Assembly: GCA_963705255.1 (NCBI GenBank)
Contig: OY970061.1
Coordinates: 704,001-768,000 of the forward strand
Direction of reading: 5' to 3'
DNA length: 64,000 nt
Source of the DNA: an uncultured Methanoregulaceae archaeon
Lineage (GTDB): Archaea; Halobacteriota; Methanomicrobia; Methanomicrobiales; Methanospirillaceae
Positions within the stretch are counted from its first letter, which is position 1, and each line of letters begins with the position of its first letter. The notes under the pieces are model-generated. The model ran no database searches and was not told where the DNA came from. It saw only the letters and a program-made list of their open reading frames with translations. Of this stretch, positions 53,586 through 63,683 are shown one piece after another. Made by a program: the position numbers and the translations under genes.

Positions 53586-54779
53586 ATGCGGGAGGAGAAG
53601 CTTTCGGATGCCATTGTCTACGATAAGCTGCACCTGTTGAAGAAGGACTTTTACGGCTATATTGAACGCAACTCCCCCAAAGTAGACACCAACCTCCCGG
53701 TCTTTTTCGGATATGTCATATCCGCGCTCGAGAACTCCTTCCCCCATATATCGGATGCCGCCCACGATGATTTCATCGACAGCATCACCTTCAAAGTCCT
53801 CGATTCCAGTGCAAACATCAGCGATTTTGAGTATGTCAGGAAGGTGATGGTCAACGCGGTGCGGTTCAAGAAGAAGAAAGATGCAGAGACCGGCGTCAAG
53901 ATCGTCATCGGCCTCAAGCTGCTGAAGAGCGGTGACTACGGGCACGCCCTCGACTTCCTCAAGGAGTACGCGACCCTCGACTCGAAACTCGGTACCGCAG
54001 TAGCCTACTGCTATCATCTCCTCTCGCTGCGCGAGTTCAAGGACAGTGACGATGCTGCCAGAAAACACCGCCCTGGCGAGATGGAACTCCTTGCACGGGA
54101 ACTGATGATGAGACTGGCCAGGGAACAGCCGCCGGTAAACCAGCTTCGCCAGCTGGAGATCGACGACCCGTCGTTCCTTGAGAAGATCTTCTGGCAGATG
54201 ATCTTTACCGGGCTGGAATGGTTCCCGAACGAGCGATGGTTCGTTGAGGTCGGGCTGAAGAATGCGGCGATCACCAATGATCCGGCCATGCGCAAGCGCC
54301 TGCTGGATATCGGGTCCGAACGTTTTTATACCGACAGCCACTTCCTGCGCGAGATGTACTATTACAAGCTCGAGAACCGCGATGCACCCGGGGCTGCAGG
54401 GGTTGTCAACCAGCTCCTGAAACAGTACCCGGACGATCTCGAACCTATCTACCTCGGTCTCAAACTGAGCCTCCTCACCACCAAGAAGATCACCTACCAC
54501 AGTTTCCGGAAACTGGCGATCACCAAAGGCATGCCGGTCCAGATCCTCGCACTGTTCGATTTTGCCTTTGACCTGCTCAGCAGGGACCAGAACGATGCTG
54601 CCAAATGTATTGCAGACTTTGAGAAGGAGTTCCCGAACATGCAGTACTATGCAACCGTCCTCCGGTATATCGCAAGCGATATCATGTCCGCCGATGAGAC
54701 GAGGAGTAAAAAGGCAAAAAAAGCGCTCCTGGATTCGGTCGAGCAATACTGCCTGGAAGCACTGAAGAACAGGAAATAA
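53586..54779 (+). CDS. hypothetical all-alpha (TPR-like) protein
   Basis: 397-aa ORF with host-like codon usage and helical repeat character. Confidence 0.75.
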   Translation: MREEKLSDAIVYDKLHLLKKDFYGYIERNSPKVDTNLPVFFGYVISALENSFPHISDAAHDDFIDSITFKVLDSSANISDFEYVRKVMVNAVRFKKKKDAETGVKIVIGLKLLKSGDYGHALDFLKEYATLDSKLGTAVAYCYHLLSLREFKDSDDAARKHRPGEMELLARELMMRLAREQPPVNQLRQLEIDDPSFLEKIFWQMIFTGLEWFPNERWFVEVGLKNAAITNDPAMRKRLLDIGSERFYTDSHFLREMYYYKLENRDAPGAAGVVNQLLKQYPDDLEPIYLGLKLSLLTTKKITYHSFRKLAITKGMPVQILALFDFAFDLLSRDQNDAAKCIADFEKEFPNMQYYATVLRYIASDIMSADETRSKKAKKALLDSVEQYCLEALKNRK

Positions 54780-54789
54780 GGCTCTGGTT

Positions 54790-54960
54790 AAACCCTCAGA
54801 GAAACATGCGGTCGCTCTTGGGGATGTCGACATGACAAAGTCATGGAGACAGGAGAAGAACGCATCAGCGTTCTTCGAATCGCAAAAGACTGCTGTTCCC
54901 GAAGGGAAGAGCAGGATGGAGAAGAACTCGTCAGAGTTCTGCGACCTGAGAGAGGGGGTC
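54790..54960 (-). ncRNA. candidate novel structured small RNA
   Basis: Four hairpins inside closing helices, cUUCGg loop on - strand, TATA-like CTTATATT at 54981-54988. Confidence 0.55.
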
Positions 54961-55286
54961 ACTCTACTAAACCGCAGCAGAATATAAGCAAATGATCAGA
55001 AAAATAGGGTTTTAACATAGCCGGAAATGAGGGTTGTACCCGGCTCCCCGCCTCAATCCTGCCGTGTGTTTACCCGGTTGAGTTGCCGGGAGATCCCGGC
55101 CGGACGCTCATATTTTTCAACCGGGAACGGACAGGACGGTTCTGATCGCCTGGATCAGGGGATCGGCGACCGGGCTTAAAATCCCTGTCGCAGGAAGCGG
55201 GACAAAGAATGCCGGATATACCGGTATCATTGGCGAGCGGAGCAGAAACCGGGCTTGCCAGGAACATGACGATGCAGAGAAGAAGT

Positions 55287-55779
55287 TCAGATATCCCGGA
55301 TCGTACCGTCCGCTCTCCTGACCGATACTTTCCCCTCATGGGCCGGCAGGAATGTGACCGATCTTCCGACTTTGCCCCCGGTATCCTCCGCGACCAGCTT
55401 GATATGCTCCGTGAGGAGGAATTCCCGTACCTTTTCAGCATTCCGTTCACCGATATTGAGGTTGGCACCGAAATATTCAAACATGCTCGCCCCCCCGGCC
55501 ATCTTCGCAACGATGTTCCGGTTCTTGCAACCGAGAGCACCGAGCTCCTGCAGCAACAGCGGGATCGCGGTATCGGCATATTTCCCGGGGCGGTCCTTCC
55601 TCCCGGCGCTGTCTGGTAACATGATATGGACCATCGCACCAACCCTCAGCCGGTCATCGTAGAGCGTCAGGCTCGATGCATGAACCCAGACCGATCGTCA
55701 CCATCTGGAATGAACCGACACGATATTCTCCGATGCCTATCATCGCCATCTGTGCGTTCACGGCGGCCGGGTCAGACAT
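55287..55779 (-). CDS. cheD: chemoreceptor glutamine deamidase (frameshift ~55672)
   Basis: TIGLGSCI, HIMLP, KYAD, AKMAGGA.MF, IGERN, EDTGG..GR. Confidence 0.9.
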
Positions 55780-55795
55780 GGTATTCACGGGCAGA

Positions 55796-56407
55796 TCATG
55801 TCGATTTCATCATGTTTTCAAGGAGCACGACGATCTTCTGCAGGGTTTTGTGTTCCGGCATCAGGATGATGTCGCTGTCGATCTTATGCTCTGAGCAGAC
55901 GAGTTCGGTGGAGAAGAGCATGACTTCGTCCACATCATCGGTCGACTGGGCGATAAGCGACTGCATCGCTGCATGGGCCATGTCGATACTGAGGGCAGGT
56001 GGCGAGGGGAGCATGACAAACCCGAGGAGTTCTGCAGTTGCATCGAGAAACGCAGAGACCATGATATTCCCCACTTCGAGGAGGGCACTCTGGTCCATCT
56101 CGTTCATCGGGCGGTCCATCTCCGTCAGTCCCAGCATGGTGTTGGTCAGGCGGATCGCAGATTCGCGGGTGATGTAAAAGATGATGAATCCCCCGTGGGG
56201 GATATCGCCCTGGAGTTCGAAGGCTACCATGGCTGCTGACTCTTCTCCCATGTACTCCCCAAGACGGGCGATATCCACGATTGATATTCCTGGCACGCTC
56301 ATCTCGACACTGCTTCCCAGCATCTGGGAAAGGGTGGTTGCGGCATGGGCAGCCCCGATATTCCCCAATTCCTGAATTGCATCCTTCTGAACCGTCGATA
56401 AATTCAT
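55796..56407 (-). CDS. cheC: CheY-P phosphatase CheC
   Basis: ELGNIGAAHAATTLS and SALLEVGNI motifs. Confidence 0.92.
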   Translation of the reverse strand: MNLSTVQKDAIQELGNIGAAHAATTLSQMLGSSVEMSVPGISIVDIARLGEYMGEESAAMVAFELQGDIPHGGFIIFYITRESAIRLTNTMLGLTEMDRPMNEMDQSALLEVGNIMVSAFLDATAELLGFVMLPSPPALSIDMAHAAMQSLIAQSTDDVDEVMLFSTELVCSEHKIDSDIILMPEHKTLQKIVVLLENMMKST

Positions 56408-56416
56408 GAACAACTC

Positions 56417-58377
56417 CTACACCATCGTATTAACATCAAGGACGGGGACTACATCCCCGTCGCCAAGTATGGTAACCCCGCTGATACCCCGCGTGTTGCC
56501 GATCAGGGAACTGAGCGGCTTGACGACAACCTCCTGTTTTCCTTCAACAATATCGACCGGGATGCAGGCCTTCCTCTTCTGGTACTGGACGACAATCAGG
56601 ATGTCACATGCATCCGACATGCCGACCATGTCGTCCAGCCGGAAGATCTGGATCACTTCTTCCCGCAGGAGGATGGTCTCGCTCTTCCCGATACGGTGGG
56701 TTGCATCCCTCCGGAACGATGCAACTTCAACGATCGAGCTGATGGGAATGGCCAGTCTCCTGCCGTTGATCCTGACGATCATGACATCGACAATTGCCAT
56801 CGTTGGCGGGAGCAGCAGCTCGAACCGCGATCCCTTACCGGGGGTCGTCTCCACCCGTATGGTCCCCTTAAGCGATTCGATGGACCTTCGTACAACGTCG
56901 AGGCCGACTCCCCTTCCGCTGATATCCGTAATTTTGTCGGCAGTGGAAAAACCGGGCTGGAAGAGCAGATCGATTGCCTGATCGGTGGTCAGGCTTTCCG
57001 CAGCTTCTTGGGTGATGAGCCCTTTTTCCACGGCTTTTTTCCTGACCTTCTCGACATTGATCCCGGCACCATCGTCGATCAGTTCGATGATGACGTTGTC
57101 ACGGTCCCGGTGGGCGCTGAGCCTGACAGCCCCTTTGCGGGGTTTTCCGGCTTTTTCCCTCTCGTCAGGGTTCTCAATACCGTGGTTGACCGCATTCCGG
57201 ATCAGGTGGAGGAGGGGGTCGTTCAGCCCGTCCATCACGCTGCGGTCCAGTTCCGTCTCTCCCCCATCCATGACGAAATCGACTTCTTTTCCGTCATACT
57301 GGGCCACGTCCCTGACAACCCGGGGGAGGCGGTTGAATATGTGGTTTAAGGGGATCATCCGGATATTCATCATCAGGTTCTGGAGATCCGATACCGAACG
57401 ATCGACCATGCCGAGGGCTTCGTCCATCTCCTTGAGTTTCTGCCGCTCGGCAATCTGCTTGAGCCTGCCCCGGTTGATCACCAGGTCCTCGACGAGGTTC
57501 ATGATGTGATCGAGCTGGGTGATGTCCACTCTCAGGTGCTTGACTTCCCTGCTCTTGTCAGAGGCTGCCGGCTGCCCTCTCTCGGCAGCCTCGGCTCCCG
57601 GTGCGGGAGAGGGTGCCGGGATGATCTCAGCAACCGCGCCGGCCTTGATCTCTACGGACTGGATCTCCGAAGCCGTCGCTGCGGTCCGGAGAGCGTCCTC
57701 CCCGGCATCGCTCGCGATCTTCACCACGAGCATGCCATCGAACTGGCCCTCATCCACGAGCTCTTTGAGGGGATGGACAGGATGATCGTCCCGATGGCTT
57801 CGAGGTTGTTGAGAACGATGAGCGCCCGGACATCTTTCATCATGGATTCCGGGGCAACGGTGATGGTGAGGTCATAGATCGGGCGCGTATCGCCGGGAGC
57901 AAGGGACACGGCCGGTCCTGCGACCGGGGGCGCAGCTGCCCGGTTTAACGGGCCCGCTGCTGCTGCGGATGGCCTGGCTTCCTTCCCGCCACCCTCGGTT
58001 GCGAGCCATGATTTCAACGAGCTGACCAGTTCATCCGGGTTCTTGGATGATGTATCGCCACCGGCATCGACATCGTCGAGCATCTCCTCTATCATGTCAG
58101 AGCAGCGCAGGAGGAGGTTGGTAAGGGCGGGGGTCATGACCGCAACACCGCTCCGGATAAGCTGGAACACGTCCTCCATGGTGTGGCAGAGGTGCTCCAG
58201 CTGCATGAACCCCATCGAGGCGGAAGCCCCTTTGAGCGTATGGATGGACCGGAAGATCTCTCCTATCGCTTCCGCATCGGAACCTTTCTCGATGATCAGG
58301 AGATTTTTCACCAGATTCTCGTGGTTATCCCGCGATTCCGCAACAAAAAGGGTGCGGTACGCATCCATTTCAGACAC
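56417..58377 (-). CDS. cheA: chemotaxis histidine kinase (frameshift ~57770)
   Basis: Hpt FRSIHTLKG, HLIRNAVNHG, DDGAGI, SGRGVGLDVV, C-terminal CheW-like domain. Confidence 0.94.
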
Positions 58378-59424
58378 AGGTATCCTCCATTTTCAGCACG
58401 GCACGTGAAATTTCCATGGCCATCCGGTTCAGCGGGAGCACCTTGTCTACTGCATTGTGCGTGATAGCCGACCGGGCCATCCCATAGACAAGACAGTCCT
58501 TCTCATCGCAGACGAAACTTCTGCCACCGGCATTTTTTACTGCAAGGGCCCCTTCTCCGGCATCGTTCCCCATCCCGCTCAGGACGGCGACAATGCTGTT
58601 TTTGCCGTAGACCTGTGCCGCCGAGACCAGCGTCTTGTCCACTGCAGGCCGGACCCCGTGGACGGGAGGGGCTGAAGAGTGGACGATCTTACCGGCTGTG
58701 CATCCCTTGTCCGTGACAAACCTGGTTATGATCGTATGGACCCCGGCTTTGGAGATGATGATCCTTCCTTTTTCTATAATATCCCCGTTCTCGGATTCCT
58801 TCACCGGCATGGACGATATCCGGTTGAACCTGGCCGCGAGCGCCGCAGTAAACCCGACCGGCATGTGCTGGGTCACGACAACCCCCGCGGGAAGTTCTGC
58901 AGGAAGTTGTGCAAGCAGTTCGTCGAGCATCTGGGGACCCCGGCCGACGACCCGATCAGGATGACGCGTTCCGCAGGTTCAGCATGGGCAGCGGGGGCAG
59001 GTTTCTTCTGCCGGACTTCTGAGGATACTGTTGGCAGAGTGAGAATATGCTTGATCTTCCGTACCAGTTCGTCGCCAATGTCCCGGACGCGGGGAAGATC
59101 CGCCGGCTTGAGCATGAAATCATCCGCCCCAAGCTCGATTGCCCGTCGGGTCATCTCCGCATCTTTTTCCGTAAGTGAACTGAGCATGAGAATCCGGGGT
59201 CTGGATGGCTGTTTTCCGATCTTTTCGAGGAGTTCGATTCCTGACATCCGGGGCATCTCGATATCCAGTGTCATGACATCGGGGGAAAGAGATTCTATCT
59301 TCTTGAGTGCGTCCAGGCCATCTGTCGCTGTCCCGACAACTTCCAGTGACGGATCCTTTGCTATCATGTCCCTGATTACCGTACGCATGAATACGGAATC
59401 ATCAACAACCAGAACCTTCGTCAT
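58370..59424 (-). CDS. cheB: chemotaxis methylesterase (frameshift ~58940)
   Basis: Receiver VVDDS..LDIEMP; esterase GSSAGG, QHMP, RPAVD, SGMGND. Confidence 0.92.
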
Positions 59425-59428
59425 AACA

Positions 59429-59791
59429 TCAGGTTGTCAGAACGTTCTTTACTTCTTCGAGCACTTTGGGAGCCTGGAATGGTTTGACGATATACCCCTT
59501 TGCACCACTCTTGATTGCCAGCTTCACCATCTGTTCCTGGCCGACTGCCGTGCACATGATGACCTTCGCAGCGGGATCGATCTGTTTGATGGCCTTGAGA
59601 GCCTCAATACCGTTCTGTTTTGGCATAACGATATCCATGGTCACGAGATCGGGCTTGAGTTCCTTGTATCGAGCGACTGCCTCCTCACCATCACCTGCTT
59701 CGCCGGCGATAGTGTGCCCGCCGGTGAAGAGGATGTTTTTAAGAAGAGTTCTCATGAAGAGCGTATCATCCACGATTAGAATCTTTCCCAT
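59429..59791 (-). CDS. cheY: chemotaxis response regulator
   Basis: IVDD, MDIVMP, YIVKPF. Confidence 0.92.
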   Translation of the reverse strand: MGKILIVDDTLFMRTLLKNILFTGGHTIAGEAGDGEEAVARYKELKPDLVTMDIVMPKQNGIEALKAIKQIDPAAKVIMCTAVGQEQMVKLAIKSGAKGYIVKPFQAPKVLEEVKNVLTT

Positions 59792-59858
59792 TGACGATCA
59801 AAGTAAAGATAGGGGGATGAAGATATAAAACAGTATTGGGATACGATTTAAAGGCTAT

Positions 59859-60668
59859 TCAGTTCGTTTGTGATTTTGTGGCGTCAGAAATATACCGTAC
59901 GCCTTTTGTCGTCAGCTGCACCTCTCTGCGTATCGTGACGACTTCGGCAAGGCCCAGTTTCATGATCTTGTCGTAAATGGCATCGAGCTGCTTGTGCGGG
60001 AGGTTGAGCATGTTCTCGATGGCATGCGAGTCCATGCCGGAGTAGATGAGCATGGCTACCTGCTGGTCCACGCCGTCCAGCTCGGTCCCTTTCATGTCCA
60101 TGCTCTTGGTGGTCTCTTTCAGGAAATTGTAGAGCACCTGAAGCGTGGAGAGGGGGCAGAGGACAAGGCTTGAGACAACTTCACCGGATTCAAGGTGGTC
60201 GATCCTCACCACGTCCGTGGGTTTACCCTGAACATCCCGTTTGGTGAGCTCGATAGCGGCAACGTCGTTGACCGGGACGCAGATCTGTTTTACCGGGCTG
60301 ACAAACCAGATGCCGGAATGGACCACGACAACACTGCCTTTCTCCCACTGGGCGTTCTGGACGAGCACCCCGCCCCGGATCGCGGGCGACATAAAGTACG
60401 CCATGAGGCGGTACGCATTGCAGGAGCCGAGTATGAGTTTTTTCAGTACCTCGATAACCTTATCTACGGACAGGATTTTGTAGACCGCTTCGGTATCGGT
60501 TTTTGCAGTAACGATCAAAATATTTTTTCTCTCGGCAACGTCCGAAACCGTCTTGAACAGGACTTCCCTGTTGACCGGTGCCGGGATGACGATCCTGTCC
60601 TCTCCGATACCCAGCTTGACAACGACCCACTGGTTATTATGCTCGACTTTTGCCGGGACTTCCTTCAT
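59859..60668 (-). CDS. cheF: archaeal chemotaxis adaptor CheF
   Basis: PAIRGGV, QVAMLIYSG, C-terminal LTTKG; located between archaellum and che genes. Confidence 0.82.
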   Translation of the reverse strand: MKEVPAKVEHNNQWVVVKLGIGEDRIVIPAPVNREVLFKTVSDVAERKNILIVTAKTDTEAVYKILSVDKVIEVLKKLILGSCNAYRLMAYFMSPAIRGGVLVQNAQWEKGSVVVVHSGIWFVSPVKQICVPVNDVAAIELTKRDVQGKPTDVVRIDHLESGEVVSSLVLCPLSTLQVLYNFLKETTKSMDMKGTELDGVDQQVAMLIYSGMDSHAIENMLNLPHKQLDAIYDKIMKLGLAEVVTIRREVQLTTKGVRYISDATKSQTN

Positions 60669-60742
60669 GCAGCCTCACACGGGATCACAATTCTGAGGTA
60701 AACAGACTTGTTATTGATAGCAATGGTATTCCGGAGGTTATT

Positions 60743-62046
60743 TTATTTTTTGGTGGGATGCGTGGTCTTTTCCTTGGGCGGGTTTGCCGGATTCAGTTTC
60801 GTGTACATGTCACTCAGTTCGCTCTCGATATCGCTGGCAGGCGCCCTGAAATCCTTGAGTTCCCGTAAAAGACTGAGATCATCTTTCTTTTCTACACGTT
60901 TTACATCGGATGAGATGGAACTGAGCAGGTCCTCGTCAGTACCGCTCGCTCCCCCGGCAAACGAGGCCATATCCGACTGGGTGGAGATCTGGTCTGCGGA
61001 AAGGTCTGCATTTTTCGGGGCGTCGGAAGGTATCCAGGCGGTCTTGACGGCCGTTTCTCCCGTCACCACCGGCTCCGCTGTCATTGACACCTTTCCTTCC
61101 TGGGTATCATCGGGCGTAACCGTCTTGACCGGACCTGTCCCGCCTGTTTCAACGTCAAGGTCCACGTCGTCAAGGCTCAGGTTATCGAGTTCCCCGAATT
61201 CAGAATCGAGCGATTCTGCCGAGTCCAGACCACTGAACTCTTCCAGGCCTCCCGGAGCAGGTGCCCCGGCCTCCCCCCGCTCCCGTCCGGCAGGTCAAGC
61301 GATGGCATCGACAGTTCAGCACCGGGTGAGGACGAGGCAGAAGCCTCACCGGGCGCAGGACCTTCAGGGGATGCAACCGGGGCATTGACGTCACCAAGGT
61401 CGTCAAGGAGGCCGGCATCGAATTCATCGCCGGAAAGGGAGAGGAACGGATTTGTTTCACCCGAGGGACCAGGGGCCGCCGCGCCGGCTCCTCCACCGGG
61501 GGCCGCTCCGGCACTGCGCGGGGCGGCAGGGGCCGGGACCGGGACTTTTTCCGTGACCGCCTTGTCAAGCATCCGGTTGATGTCGTCCACTTTTTTCTCA
61601 TGCCTTTTCCGCTGCCTGAGAACCGTGCCAAGAGACCCGATGGATGACAGGAACGAACTGAAGTGGGCCCCGATCCCACCCTCCTGCCCGGGTGTTTTTC
61701 CAGCCTCTTTTTTCTCTGTCTTCGGGGGCCGTTTCTGGTCCGCACCTTCGGGTTTTCCGAAGAATTTCATGTCGCTGAGGCGGTGGATGATCCCGGGCTT
61801 TTTCGGCCCCGTCTTTTTCATTTCCGGTTTTGCTGCCCCCCCCTTCTTCGGTTCCTTTGAACGCGATCTTCCCAGGGCAGTACGGACTTCGGTTATCGTG
61901 ACCAGCCCGAGCAGGAACGGGAGGACAACGGCTACAATGACCATCATGAGAAGGAGCTGCACCAGGGTCACATCGAAAAAGATCAGGATTAACCCGAGGG
62001 TAAGGATGGTGCAAAACATGACGATCCTGCGGACATTTTCTTTCAT
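60743..62046 (-). CDS. membrane-anchored low-complexity protein in the archaellum operon (frameshift ~61270)
   Basis: Two N-terminal TM helices, Lys-rich then acidic/Pro-rich linker, C-terminal SLLRELKD; ORFs 61177-62118 and 60743-61165 join. Confidence 0.65.
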
Positions 62047-62059
62047 GGGCGAACTCCTC

Positions 62060-63682
62060 CTATTGTCCCGGTGCTGCCATGTTCTGGAGTGCTTCCGGGC
62101 TGAAGAACATCCCGACAAAGATAGGGGCTATCAGAAGCACCAGACCGGTCAATGTACAGAATATTGCTATGTAGAAATAATACATATACCGATCGCCACC
62201 ACCCACAACCCGTGCCGCGATGACATTGGAGGCCGTGATTATCGTGAGGATAATGACGACAAACGTCCCCATCTGCCCTTCCGGAAAATTCGAGAACATG
62301 TTGAGCCCGCCGAGGGCCTGTCCTGCAGAGACCCCCCCGCCCAGGGACGATCCCGCTGATACTGCCGACTGGTTCTGGAACTGCTTCATCATGGTTGCTA
62401 CAGAACCCGTAAGCACGACCATGATACGGTAGAGGGCGACCAGGATCCCCGCCATCGCCAGGTGCATGGGAACCAGTAAGACAATAAAACTCCGGGCATG
62501 CATATCTTTCTTCTCCCGCAGGAGGGTCTGCTCGAGCATGGACGACCCGACAACGGTCCCGATAGGTTCCGGTGGCCCCCCGAGAGTGACCGTGTCCAGG
62601 TAAATATTGAGATATTTGTAGATGAGGTTGCTCCCCGATTCCCCGATGAATTTGTCCCATATCTGCTTGTCATCGAGGCCGAGGTTCATCTTGGAATAGA
62701 CCGAATTTACGAGCGGTTCAAGAGCGGTGAGGGACTTCCTGTCGATGGTCCCAAGAGCGTGCACGGCCGTTGTCCCCTGGCCGCCCATGACTGCCCCGAG
62801 ACTCCTGATGAAGACGGAGAAATCATTGTCGCGCAGGGTTATGTTGGAGTCGTCGATGAAACCGATAATCCCCAGCGGGGCCATCAGGATCCCGATCAGG
62901 AGAAATATCATCCCGGCACTGACGCCCAGGAGGGACAGGACGATAAATGCCGCAATGGTCAGCGGTACGATGACCCGTTCCATGGCATGGATCGTCTGCT
63001 GCTCCTTTGAGGACCGGGTCATGAGCCCGTGGGTTTTTGAATCATCCGGCACGGACTGGTACATGAGCACATTGCCAAATACGCAGATAACGAGTACGAT
63101 GCCATAGGCCATGTCCAGGGTTGATTCCATACCCGTGGGAGAATAAATCGCCACAGAGATCATGATCGTTACCGCGATCACGGTCCCGGAAAGGAGCATG
63201 GCTATGTACGCGTCCCCCCATTTTTTGAGGAGCTCGAGCCCCTGCTCGACCTGGCTCCGGTAGACCGTCCGCACGGTTGCAAGCTCATTTTTAAGGAAAT
63301 CATCGTCCGGCACACCCGATTCGATCGCATTTGCGTACCGGTTGAGCATGCTCTGGAGGATGGTGTTGTTGGTCCTTTCAGCAACGATGCTGAGTGCTTC
63401 GGAATAACTGTAACTCCATTTCTTGACAAACGTGTCGACTTTGCTGATGTACTTGGAAGAGACGTACTCCTTCCTGTTGGCAGCAAAAGAGAAAATTTCC
63501 GGGCGGGACGCATTGGCAAGGGCCAGGGATGCCATGTAGGTGTTCATGAAGAGCAGGTCGGCACCCATTCTCTTGTTCTCGGTGACCTGACCAAGTTTTT
63601 CCTTGAAGCTCTCCACCATTGATGCAAAGGGGAGGTGCCTGCCCTCTTTCTTCTGGTCCTGGTCGTGTCCCGGATCAGCCAT
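62060..63682 (-). CDS. flaJ: archaellum assembly membrane platform protein
   Basis: 540-aa multi-TM protein downstream of flaI; DLLFMNTYMASL, F..ESGS.LI, GG.P..IG. Confidence 0.9.
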   Translation of the reverse strand: MADPGHDQDQKKEGRHLPFASMVESFKEKLGQVTENKRMGADLLFMNTYMASLALANASRPEIFSFAANRKEYVSSKYISKVDTFVKKWSYSYSEALSIVAERTNNTILQSMLNRYANAIESGVPDDDFLKNELATVRTVYRSQVEQGLELLKKWGDAYIAMLLSGTVIAVTIMISVAIYSPTGMESTLDMAYGIVLVICVFGNVLMYQSVPDDSKTHGLMTRSSKEQQTIHAMERVIVPLTIAAFIVLSLLGVSAGMIFLLIGILMAPLGIIGFIDDSNITLRDNDFSVFIRSLGAVMGGQGTTAVHALGTIDRKSLTALEPLVNSVYSKMNLGLDDKQIWDKFIGESGSNLIYKYLNIYLDTVTLGGPPEPIGTVVGSSMLEQTLLREKKDMHARSFIVLLVPMHLAMAGILVALYRIMVVLTGSVATMMKQFQNQSAVSAGSSLGGGVSAGQALGGLNMFSNFPEGQMGTFVVIILTIITASNVIAARVVGGGDRYMYYFYIAIFCTLTGLVLLIAPIFVGMFFSPEALQNMAAPGQ

Positions 63683-63683
63683 A

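Noticed and set aside
55028-55056. GAGGGTT...CCCCGCCTCA resembling the reverse complement of the repeat's 3' end
   Set aside because: Short, interrupted match with the rest of the element absent; not counted as a fourth copy
21294-59424. Pseudogenes or programmed frameshifting in mutS, rqcH, cheA, cheB, cbiH and others
   Set aside because: One indel per gene, otherwise intact motifs, no shared slippery site; sequencing error is more parsimonious
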